Below, piece by piece: positions 55,544-64,000 of a stretch of 64,000 bases of DNA. This DNA is from an uncultured bacterium (GTDB lineage: Bacteria; Hydrothermota; Tepidihabitantia; Tepidihabitantales; Tepidihabitantaceae), in the NCBI GenBank assembly GCA_965370805.1, contig CBDUVZ010000002.1, positions 706 through 64,705 on the forward strand, written 5' to 3'. Within the stretch, counting starts at the first letter, position 1. Every line of letters starts with the position of its first letter. Below the pieces are notes generated by a model. The model was not told the origin of the DNA. It saw only the letters and a program-made list of their open reading frames with translations, and did not search any database. Position numbers and translations under genes: made by a program.

Positions 55544-56919
55544 AGAAAGCAATCCTGGTCTGTCTGACGATTCTTGTGGCTGTGGCGAGCGCCCAGAGTT
55601 TCTGGACCGATCGCAAGCTCGTCACTACCCGTCCCAATTGGGACTACTGGTGGCTGAATGTTCGGATTGGTGTGGATCAGTTCGACACGGTGTACTGCGC
55701 GGTCTCCCGGTACAACTACTCGCAGGATGACCCGAAGCATGACCTGTACGTGCTGAACAGCGACGGTGACACGATGCGGTCAATGACATCATGGCCGGGC
55801 TACTTCAACCAGCCGATTATCAAGGATGCCGACAGCAACAACATCTATGTGGGCCAGCCGCTGATGGGTCAGGGTCCGAACAGCAGCCCGCACATGGATG
55901 CGGGTGTGACGGATGATTCCAACTGCGTCAGCACCACCAATGCCCATGGCAGCAGCATCAAGTTCACCCGGCTCGGACCGAACGGTGACAGTGTTATCTG
56001 GCTTCAGACCATCCATACCGGAAACCCGTGGACCGGCCGCTCAAGCCTTGCTATCGACCCGCGCGGCTGGCTGCACTGCGCTTACGCGGACAGCATGCAA
56101 TATCTCGAGTACGGATTCTCCACCGACAGAGGAGCCACCTGGACCTGGGACAGACTTGATAACATCAGGGTAATGTCTCATGCCCGGGTGGTGGCTACCC
56201 CGGACACCTGCGTTCACTTCGTCTACCGGACCTGGACTTCCGGCGACCAGTTGCGCTATCTCAAACTCAAGTCGGACGGTTCGGTAGCGGTAGGCGGGTC
56301 GATATTCAGCCAGGGCGGGACGAGATGGTGCCCGAACGTAGCGGTGGATACGTCCGGGAACCTACGGGTTGTGTTCGGCGACGGTTCCACCAGTGGCCAC
56401 AACGTCTACTACACCGTGCTACGCGGGGACCTGGACAACGGCGGAGACCCGGTGCCGGATTCGATTCTGACCCTGGTTCCCGACACGATAATCCAGTACG
56501 ATGCGGTAAGGGTTGCCGGTCCGAAGATCTGCGTTGATTCCCGGGACCGGGCCCACGTGATGTTCGAGCAGGGGACCTACGGACGCCACCAAACCAAGAA
56601 CGTATACCACATCCGGGAAGGTCTGCCGGGTGCGGTAGCCGAGCGCCCGGTGCTCAAGCCGAAGTCGATGCTGACGGTCTCCCCGAACCCGGTGTGCAAC
56701 CGAACCACGGTTCGGTTCAGCCTGAGCAAATCCGGGCCGGTGCGGCTTTCACTGTATGACGTCTCGGGTCGCAGAGCCATGGGAATCGCGGCCCGCGTTT
56801 TCGCTGCCGGCTCTCATTCGGTTTCAATGCAACGGGAAGAATTGCAGACCGGTGCCTATTTCCTGGTGCTCGAAACCGGAACCGAACGGCAGCAGACCAA
56901 GCTGGTGGTAACGGACTAG
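55540..56919 (+). CDS. Secreted hypothetical protein (beta-propeller/BNR-like) with T9SS C-terminal sorting domain
   Basis: Signal peptide MKKAILVCLTILVAVASA. CTD VSPNPVCNRTTVRF...GAYFLVLETGTERQQTKLVVTD. Confidence 0.75.
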   Translation: MKKAILVCLTILVAVASAQSFWTDRKLVTTRPNWDYWWLNVRIGVDQFDTVYCAVSRYNYSQDDPKHDLYVLNSDGDTMRSMTSWPGYFNQPIIKDADSNNIYVGQPLMGQGPNSSPHMDAGVTDDSNCVSTTNAHGSSIKFTRLGPNGDSVIWLQTIHTGNPWTGRSSLAIDPRGWLHCAYADSMQYLEYGFSTDRGATWTWDRLDNIRVMSHARVVATPDTCVHFVYRTWTSGDQLRYLKLKSDGSVAVGGSIFSQGGTRWCPNVAVDTSGNLRVVFGDGSTSGHNVYYTVLRGDLDNGGDPVPDSILTLVPDTIIQYDAVRVAGPKICVDSRDRAHVMFEQGTYGRHQTKNVYHIREGLPGAVAERPVLKPKSMLTVSPNPVCNRTTVRFSLSKSGPVRLSLYDVSGRRAMGIAARVFAAGSHSVSMQREELQTGAYFLVLETGTERQQTKLVVTD

Positions 56920-56973
56920 GTTGATCTCCGGGTTGCGGCGAGGACCGTTCAGCATTACCGGAAAGGACGGACC

Positions 56974-58377
56974 ATGAGGGTCGCGCTGGTCAAGCCGCCG
57001 GCGACCTACGCGGACTGGTACCACCGGCCGGTTCTGGGTCTATCTTACATCGCGGCGTGCATCGAAGCCAAGGGAATCGAGTGCCGGATTTTCGACGCCT
57101 ATTTCCGTTCTTGGTCCGAACCGGAACTCGTCAGCCGCGTGGTTGACTACCAACCTCACCTGGTTGGTCTGACTGCGATGACTCACGAGGTGAATGCCGC
57201 GGCGCGTATCGCGGGCCTGGTCAAGACGCAACTTGGCATCAGGACCGTTATCGGCGGGTGTCATGTCACCGCATTGCCAAGGCGGACTCTGGCCGAGTTC
57301 GATGCGTTCGACTTCGGGGTGTACGGCGAAGGAGAAAGGACGTTTCTTGAGTTGCTGCGGGTTCTGGATGCGGACGGCACCAAGGACCTCGAACGAATCA
57401 GAGGACTGGTATTCCGGGAGAGAGAGAACATCCGGGTCAATCCGGCTCGGGAATTCCTTAGTTCCGAGGAACTGGATGCCCTCCCCTGGCCCGCATTCCA
57501 CCAGTACTACGGCGACGATACCCGGGTGCTGGTCGGCAGGGACGACGAGTACGTAATGATGTCGGGCCGGGGATGCCCGTTCAATTGCGCCTTCTGCATG
57601 CGGGTGCTGGGCGGCAGGATGCGGCGCCGGTCGGCGGAAAGCATCTGCCGGGAGATGGAGTACGCCATCGAGCGGTACGGTGTGCATACCTTCGATTTCG
57701 AAGACGACACCATGTTGATTGACAACCAACCGACCCGGGAAATCCTGCAGTCAATGATCGACACCGGGCTTGCCGAACGGGTAAGATGGAGCGGAATGAT
57801 TCATGCCAGTTCGGCCCGGCCGGAACTGGTGGGATTAGCCCGACGGGCGGGATGTTTCCGGATGGCGATGGGGGTTGAGTCAGGTGACGACCGGATACTC
57901 AAGGCGATTCACAAGAACATCACTGTCGAAGAAGTGAAAGAAGCGGTTCGGGTCGTGAAGCGGGCCGGGATCCGGCTGATGGCTTTCTACATCCTCGGGC
58001 ATCCGGGCGAAACCCGAGAAACGGCAGAGCGAACGGTGAACCTGATGGCAGAGTTGAATGCCGATACGTCTGCAATCGGGTTGATGGTGCCGTATCCGGG
58101 CACGGAGATTCATTCGCTGGCTACGCGCGGTGAAGCCGGGTATCGACTGCTGACCGAGGATTGGGCCGAGTACGACAAGTACGGGGGCAGGGTTCTCGAG
58201 ATTGAGGGATTGCCCTGGGAGGAACTGGCAAAGATACAACGCCGGGCGCTGCTGCGTTTCTTTCTCAGAAACCTGAGGTTGCTGGACCTGCTGCGCTACC
58301 TGTGGAAGCGGAGGGCTGCCCTGAAATTCCTGGTCGGGAAGATGTTCACCCGGGCCAGGAGCAAGCCGGATGCTTGA
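56974..58377 (+). CDS. B12-binding domain-containing radical SAM protein
   Basis: N-terminal B12-binding region, then the CxxxCxxC radical-SAM motif GCPFNCAFC. Confidence 0.85.
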   Translation: MRVALVKPPATYADWYHRPVLGLSYIAACIEAKGIECRIFDAYFRSWSEPELVSRVVDYQPHLVGLTAMTHEVNAAARIAGLVKTQLGIRTVIGGCHVTALPRRTLAEFDAFDFGVYGEGERTFLELLRVLDADGTKDLERIRGLVFRERENIRVNPAREFLSSEELDALPWPAFHQYYGDDTRVLVGRDDEYVMMSGRGCPFNCAFCMRVLGGRMRRRSAESICREMEYAIERYGVHTFDFEDDTMLIDNQPTREILQSMIDTGLAERVRWSGMIHASSARPELVGLARRAGCFRMAMGVESGDDRILKAIHKNITVEEVKEAVRVVKRAGIRLMAFYILGHPGETRETAERTVNLMAELNADTSAIGLMVPYPGTEIHSLATRGEAGYRLLTEDWAEYDKYGGRVLEIEGLPWEELAKIQRRALLRFFLRNLRLLDLLRYLWKRRAALKFLVGKMFTRARSKPDA

Positions 58378-58401
58378 CTTTCGGTAGCCCGGTTCTATAC
58401 T
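58374..58401 (+). promoter_or_regulatory. Sigma70-type promoter TTGACT-16-TATACT for recA
   Basis: Read directly. Followed by a small hairpin ggcagg-caa-cctgcc and GGAGGAAAAG-ATG. Confidence 0.5.
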
Positions 58402-58441
58402 GCCGCAGGCAGGCAACCTGCCCGTAACACTGGAGGAAAAG

Positions 58442-59491
58442 ATGGCCAGAGAGGATAGAACCAAAGCCTTGGATACCGCACTCGGACAGATTGAAAAGCA
58501 GTTCGGCAAAGGCTCGGTCATGCGGCTCGGCGACGCGAGCGCGGCGGTCAAGCTTGATGCGATTCCGACCGGTTCGATCGGGCTGGACGCGGCACTCGGC
58601 GTCGGCGGAGTTGCGCGCGGCCGGTTCGTGGAGGTGTTCGGACCCGAGGCTTCGGGCAAAACGACCATCGGCCTCGAAATAATCGCCCAGTGCCAGAAGC
58701 TGGGCGGCAAGTGTGCGTTCATCGACGCAGAGAATGCGCTCGACCCGAAGTACACCGCGGCGCTCGGCGTGAGCCTGGACGAACTGCTTGTGTCCCAGCC
58801 GGATTCGGGCGAACAGGCACTGGAGATTACCGAGATTCTGACTCGCTCGGGCGGGATTGACCTGCTGGTCATCGATTCGGTCGCGGCCCTGGTGCCGAGG
58901 GCCGAAATCGAAGGTGAGATGGGCGACGCCATGGTTGGGGTCCAGGCCCGACTGATGTCCCAGGCCCTGCGCAAGCTGTCCAGTGTCGTGAGTCGCTCAA
59001 AAGTCTGCTGTCTTTTCACCAACCAGATCCGCCACAAGATCGGGGTGATGTTCGGCAGCCCGGAGACGACACCGGGCGGTCTGGCCCTGAAGTTCTACGC
59101 GACGATGCGACTCGACATCCGCCGGATTGCAGCCATCAAGAAGGGCGACAAAGTCGTGGGCAACCGGACCCGCGTGCGGGTGGTCAAGAACAAAGTTGCT
59201 CCGCCTTTCCGTCAGGCCGAGTTCGATATCATCTACGGCGAGGGCATTTCCCGTCTGGGCGAACTGGTCGACTACGGGGTTGAACACGAAGTGTTCTCCC
59301 GGTCCGGTTCCTGGTACGCGTACGGGGACAAGCGTATCGGCCAGGGCCGGGATGCGGCGATTGAGTTCCTGAAGGAGAATCCGGACGAGGCGGCGAAGGC
59401 CGAGGCGGTCCTGTACGAGAAGATGAAAATCCCGAGGTTCTTGCCGGTTGTGAATGAGAATAACCCGGCTCAAACCGCAAAGAAGAGATAG
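58442..59491 (+). CDS. recA: Recombinase A
   Basis: Walker [10 protein letters not shown] and full-length RecA similarity. Confidence 0.95.
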   Translation: MAREDRTKALDTALGQIEKQFGKGSVMRLGDASAAVKLDAIPTGSIGLDAALGVGGVARGRFVEVFGPEASGKTTIGLEIIAQCQKLGGKCAFIDAENALDPKYTAALGVSLDELLVSQPDSGEQALEITEILTRSGGIDLLVIDSVAALVPRAEIEGEMGDAMVGVQARLMSQALRKLSSVVSRSKVCCLFTNQIRHKIGVMFGSPETTPGGLALKFYATMRLDIRRIAAIKKGDKVVGNRTRVRVVKNKVAPPFRQAEFDIIYGEGISRLGELVDYGVEHEVFSRSGSWYAYGDKRIGQGRDAAIEFLKENPDEAAKAEAVLYEKMKIPRFLPVVNENNPAQTAKKR

Positions 59492-60074
59492 CCGCCGGGT
59501 TTCCGTTTTCCTCGACGGGGCCTACTCCTTCTCACTGGACAACAAGACGGCCACCAGGCTGGGGTTGCGCGTCGGTATGGACGTCAAGCCGCAGGACCTG
59601 GACCGGATACTGTACGAGGGTGAACTGCAGCGGGCGAAGGACTACGCTCTGCTGCTCCTGTCCTACCGGGCACGGACCGTCCACGAACTCCAGTCCCGGC
59701 TCCTGAGGAGGAAATTCCGGCCGGAGGTTGCCACAGCGGCGGTAGGCCGGCTGGTGGAACTGAAGCTGGTGGACGATGCTCAGTTCGCGCGCGACTTCGT
59801 CCGGGACCGGATAGCGCTGGGCCGGCGCGGCAAACGCCTGGTGCACCTGGAACTGATTAGGTTCGGAGTGTCGGAAGAGGATATCGCCCGGGCCATGGAG
59901 CAAGCGCCGGACGAGTGCGAGTCGGCCCGGGAACTGGTGAAGAAGTACCGCACCAGGTATGCGAAGCTGGAGCCGCGGACGCGCAAGCAAAGGCTCTATG
60001 CCTTGCTCGCCCGGCGGGGCTTCTCCCCCGACACTATCAGCGAAGCGCTGGAGCTGAGCGAGTCCGAAGCCTGA
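59454..60074 (+). CDS. recX: RecA regulator RecX
   Basis: Immediately downstream of recA and overlapping it. Three-helical-repeat RecX-like sequence. Confidence 0.8.
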   Translation: MRITRLKPQRRDSRRVSVFLDGAYSFSLDNKTATRLGLRVGMDVKPQDLDRILYEGELQRAKDYALLLLSYRARTVHELQSRLLRRKFRPEVATAAVGRLVELKLVDDAQFARDFVRDRIALGRRGKRLVHLELIRFGVSEEDIARAMEQAPDECESARELVKKYRTRYAKLEPRTRKQRLYALLARRGFSPDTISEALELSESEA

Positions 60075-60117
60075 GCCCGGCGTTAGAACTCACCGAACCG
60101 AAACCGCGCAGGCAGAC

Positions 60118-61149
60118 CTAGAACAGGGCCGGAATGACCTGGAAGTCGACGGTTGTGAGAAACTTCCAGCTTTCCCCACCGTGGTCCTTGAACATCCCGA
60201 CTTGGTACTTGCCGATGTGGAGCATTGCGCCGCAGGATAACTCCCCGAAGCTGAACTTGTACAGTTGGTCGCTCGCCAGGTCCGCAGCGGCAAAGGCGAC
60301 GCCGACATGATTCAGCCACTTCAGCAATCCGGGACTGCCGGACAGGAAATAGTAGTTCGCTCCCACCTGGTACGTCTTGGCGAATCTGTTGTCCGAGATG
60401 TCGTAGCAGACCGGCGTGAACCGCAGTATCGGCTCCCAGGCCGAAGGGCCGTTGATATTCCCCTTGAAAGGCGGGGCCAAGTTGATGAGCACCATCTCCA
60501 GCAGGTTGATACGGTCACTCCTGGGTCCGTAGCGGATATCGAAGTCGGCGAGAGCCTGGTCGACCCTGACGTCCTCAAGTTCGAGCCGCACGTCGTACCA
60601 GCCGTCCCATGACCGCACCTCGGCAGGGAAGCTCGATACCGAGCCAGATGTGACGTCGCCGTCCCTGATCGTCACAGCGATTGCGAGCAGTACGTTGTAC
60701 AGATCCTCGTAGTCGCTCACCAGGATGTCGAACCCGGATGAACGGAAGAAAGCACCCGACTTGAAGACAGGGTTGATGTGCGGCACGACAAGGCCGATAG
60801 CGTGGCCGAGTTCGAGTTCCGCCTGACGGAAACGGTTGTAGTCGAACGCTTGGACTACGGTGGTGCTGTCGTACCCGCTACCGGTGACCCAGTGGTGGAC
60901 GCCGCCGATTGTCGTATCTCTCACCTGCCCGGGAAACAGCACGGCGGCGACCGGCTCGTATGGGTCGCGGGCGTCGTCCACATAGTATGTCGGCGATGAG
61001 TAGCGTCCCCGGACCGAATCGGCGATGACCCGTGCCTCGGCTGCGACCGCATCGAAGCTGCACGCCCAGCGGTCGAGCAGTTCGGCAAGCGGTTCGCCGA
61101 ACGCCGGGATAAGTGACAGCACCAGTAGCAGTGTGAGGCGTTTCATCAC
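60118..61149 (-). CDS. Secreted/outer-membrane hypothetical protein (signal peptide, C-terminal Phe)
   Basis: Signal peptide MMKRLTLLLVLSLIPAFG. Ends ...FQVIPALF. ATGA overlap with the upstream lipase-like gene. Confidence 0.55.
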   Translation of the reverse strand: MMKRLTLLLVLSLIPAFGEPLAELLDRWACSFDAVAAEARVIADSVRGRYSSPTYYVDDARDPYEPVAAVLFPGQVRDTTIGGVHHWVTGSGYDSTTVVQAFDYNRFRQAELELGHAIGLVVPHINPVFKSGAFFRSSGFDILVSDYEDLYNVLLAIAVTIRDGDVTSGSVSSFPAEVRSWDGWYDVRLELEDVRVDQALADFDIRYGPRSDRINLLEMVLINLAPPFKGNINGPSAWEPILRFTPVCYDISDNRFAKTYQVGANYYFLSGSPGLLKWLNHVGVAFAAADLASDQLYKFSFGELSCGAMLHIGKYQVGMFKDHGGESWKFLTTVDFQVIPALF

Positions 61150-61973
61150 AGGTCCCCAATCAGGTCGCCAATCTCTTTTCGCGACTGGATGATGTAGTTG
61201 GAGAATGCGTGAGTGCTCTTGACGTGGACTTGGTTGAACAGGTAAGGCGGTTCGTCGCGGTGCTTCAGGAACGTACCGCTGAGCGGGACGAGGCTTGCCA
61301 CCGGGTCTCGTTCGTGGCGATACGAATACCAGGAACCGATGTTCGTTCTGTTGCCCCGGGTCGGCTTGCGGATTCCGGTAGACAGGTACCGGATGCTGAG
61401 TCCGACCCGGGATGCGACCTCGTGAATCAGGGCGAGCGGTGAGGCCAGGGTGAATAGGTTCTTGGCCCGGATACCGGCGGACAAACCAAGTGCCTGGTTG
61501 ACGAGGATGTTGTGCATCCCGAGATAGGCGACAGCAGTACCGAGGCTGTGAGATACAATGGTGAGCTTGACATCCCGGGGGCGGATGCCGGCCGCCTTCG
61601 CGTCCCCGTAGATGCCGAGCAATTGCTTCCGGAACCGGTTGACGATGGCGTTGCGGGCATCGACGTGCAGGGCGAAGAATAGAACATGGGATACGGTGTC
61701 GCGGAGCGTGGTGGTCAGCGTATCACTCACCTTCCCGGCTAGTGCGCTGCTGCCTACTAGGTTGGCGAGCATGCCCGTCAGGCCGTACTTGCGCACGAAC
61801 TTGTCCGCCTCGACCTTGGCGTTCATCTGCTTGAAAATGTCATAGTAGAACAACTCGTAGCGGTGTGCGCCGTCCGGGCCCCGGTTTTCCCAGAGCCGCT
61901 GCCAGAGGGGTATAGAATACCCAACATCCTGCGGACCTATTCCGTGCACGAACAGCGCGCATTTTCGTGGCAT
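61146..61973 (-). CDS. Alpha/beta-hydrolase, lipase/esterase-like
   Basis: GXSXG-type VSHSLG nucleophile motif. Confidence 0.6.
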   Translation of the reverse strand: MPRKCALFVHGIGPQDVGYSIPLWQRLWENRGPDGAHRYELFYYDIFKQMNAKVEADKFVRKYGLTGMLANLVGSSALAGKVSDTLTTTLRDTVSHVLFFALHVDARNAIVNRFRKQLLGIYGDAKAAGIRPRDVKLTIVSHSLGTAVAYLGMHNILVNQALGLSAGIRAKNLFTLASPLALIHEVASRVGLSIRYLSTGIRKPTRGNRTNIGSWYSYRHERDPVASLVPLSGTFLKHRDEPPYLFNQVHVKSTHAFSNYIIQSRKEIGDLIGDL

Positions 61974-62077
61974 TCTGTCCTCCCTTCTTGTCTGACCTGC
62001 GGGTCAGCATTCCTGCAGCCCTTCACTATCGAGCGTAGCCCCGTGTATCCTCCTGTCAAGTCCGGTGGCGCAGATGG

Positions 62078-62105
62078 TTGCACTCCCGGTGATTCCGGCT
62101 ACAAT
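62078..62105 (+). promoter_or_regulatory. Sigma70-type promoter TTGCAC-16-TACAAT for alaS, implying a very short (~7 nt) leader
   Basis: Read directly. ATG at 62119 has no SD. Confidence 0.4.
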
Positions 62106-62118
62106 CCCGTTGTCATGA

Positions 62119-64000
62119 ACCATCGTGAACTGCGCCGGACGTTTCTTGAGTTCTACACCACGCGCGGGCACAAGATCGTGCCCAGCTCGTCGTTGATTCC
62201 CAAGGACGACCCGAGCCTGTTGTTCACCGGCGCGGGAATGGTGCAGTTCAAGCCGTACTTCGCCGGCACGGTCGAGTTGCCGTATCCACGGGCGTGCTCA
62301 ATCCAGAAATGCCTGCGAGCGTCGGACCTGGACCAGGTGGGTAAGACCCCGCGGCACAATACATTCTTCGAGATGCTGGGTAATTTCTCGTTCGGAGATT
62401 ACTTCAAAGCCGAGGCGATACCCTGGGCTTGGGAGTATCTCGTTGACGTGGTCAAGCTGGACAAGGACCGGCTCTGCGTGACCGTCCTCGAAGAAGACGA
62501 TGAGGCATACGACGTCTGGCAGAAGAAAGTCGGCCTGCCCGCGAGCCGGATATTCAGGCTGGGGGCCGAGCATAACTTCTGGGGTCCGGTCGGCGGCAGC
62601 GGAGCGTGCGGGCCGTGTTCCGAGATATTCGCCGACATGGGGCCGGAGGTCGGGTGCGGCAAGGAGAACTGCGGGCCGGGCTGCGATTGCGACCGGTTCA
62701 GCGAAGTCTACAACATCGTATTCCCTCAGTTCAACCAGTTGCCGGACGGCACCCGCGAGCCGCTGAAAAACCGGGGAATCGACACCGGAATGGGAATGGA
62801 ACGGCTGGCGATGACTTCGCAGGGAAAGACAACCATCTTCGACACCGACCTGTTCGCTCCGCTGGTCAGCGAAACGAGCCGGATACTCGGCGTCGAGGTC
62901 ACGAATGACAACCGGCAGATGTTCCGGGTCGCGGCCGACCACGCCCGGGCCCTGACGTTCGCCATTACCGACGGCGCGATTCCGTCCAACGAGGCCCGCG
63001 GTTACGTGCTGCGCGGTATCCTGCGCCGGGTGCTTCTGTTCGCCCATCGCCAGGGCGTACGCGAGCCGTTTCTGTACCGGGTTTCCGGCGCAGTGGTCGA
63101 GCACATGCGGCAGTGGTATCCGGAACTGGCCGACAAACGCGAGCAGGCCGGGCTCATCATCAAGTCCGAAGAGGAACGTTTCCTTCGCACTATCGAAGCC
63201 GGACTCGAACGGTGGGAAGACGTGCTCAGGAAGCACCGCTCCGAGGGCGCAATTCCGGGCGAAGACCTGTTCAAGCTGCACGACACATTCGGGTTCCATA
63301 TCGAGATGGTCAAGGAACTGGCCGAGGCTGAGGGTGTGAAGCTGGACACCGAAGGGTTTGAGCAGGCGATGGCGGAGCAGCGGCAGCGGAGCAGGAAGGC
63401 AATTTCAGGCACCCTTAGTTTCGGCACGAAGACATCCGGATTCGCTAAACCAACTCCGTTCGACCAAGTCCCGGTGGAATCCAAGTTCGTCGGACACAGG
63501 GAACTCGAAGTCGAGACCGAGATCGCGCAGTTCATCAAGGCCGAAGATGGCCTCTGGGAAATCATGCTCAAGCGCACTCCCTTCTATGCGGAGGCCGGAG
63601 GCCAAGTTGGCGATACCGGCAAAATAGTCGGTGCGGGATTCGAGTATGCTGTTACGGGCTGCTACTACAGGTCGGACGTGCCGGTATGTCAGGCGAAACT
63701 GAAGTCGGATAAGGCTGGAGGAGGTGAGGTTACCGCCATTGTGGACATCGGACGCCGCCGCGAGATTGAGCGGGCTCACACCGCGACTCACCTGTTGCAC
63801 GCTGCGCTACGCGAGGTGGTAGGCGACTACGTAAAGCAGGAAGGGTCTTTGGTCGAACCAGGACGACTCCGGTTTGACTTCGCGGCGTTCGAGCCGCTTA
63901 TGCCCGAGCAGTTGCGCAAGGTCGAAGAGATGGTTTTTGAGCAGATTGTCGCCGACAGGAAGCTGGACCGCAAACCCGACGTCCCGTTCGAGGAAGCGAA
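62119..64000 (+). CDS. alaS: Alanine--tRNA ligase, 3' end truncated by window end
   Basis: Manual translation MNHRELRRTFLEFYTTRGHKIVPSSSLIPKDDPSLLFTGAGMVQFKPYF is the canonical AlaS N-terminus. Absent from the ORF track because it is edge-truncated. Confidence 0.9.

Overview
GC-rich, gene-dense bacterial window, probably from a high-GC member of the FCB-like group (Bacteroidota/Gemmatimonadota/candidate-phylum type). At least eight proteins end in a type IX secretion (T9SS) C-terminal sorting domain, which the named phyla would explain. Layout: (i) 1-12.8 kb is a minus-strand exopolysaccharide/O-antigen-type locus (ArnT/PMT-like GT, Wzc BY-kinase, DegT aminotransferase, GT4, PaaK/CapK-like ligase, CapA-like, Wzy/WaaL-like, Wzx, NAD-epimerase). 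(ii) Two paralogous giant T9SS cargo proteins (13262-18058 plus, 27740-30520 minus) carry CARDB-like Ig repeats and a lysine-rich four-copy repeat module. (iii) Housekeeping genes: PAC2, murJ, CofE-like, deoC, kbl, M19 dipeptidase, hcp plus Rrf2/NsrR regulator, fpg, recA-recX, alaS (partial). (iv) A heterodimeric ABC exporter pair sits next to two YVTN beta-propeller T9SS proteins with near-identical ~123-bp intragenic tandem repeats. (v) A NitT/TauT-type ABC importer operon carries an outer-membrane beta-barrel, an FtrB-like CPC-CPC-CHC protein and a PNPOx-like protein. (vi) FG-GAP, LVIVD and other T9SS cargo proteins and a B12-binding radical SAM enzyme. Most notable non-gene signals: a dispersed palindromic heptanucleotide (ATTCGGC/GCCGAAT-type) REP-like element family, four copies of which sit in frame at or inside T9SS C-terminal-domain junctions, and a ~1 kb strand-skewed region (46.5-47.55 kb) with no convincing coding frame. 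Several near-consensus sigma70-type promoters and three hairpin terminators are visible. No CRISPR, tRNA, rRNA or transposase was found. Genes that run off the window edges (1-1884 minus; alaS 62119-64000) are absent from the supplied ORF track and were called by manual translation.
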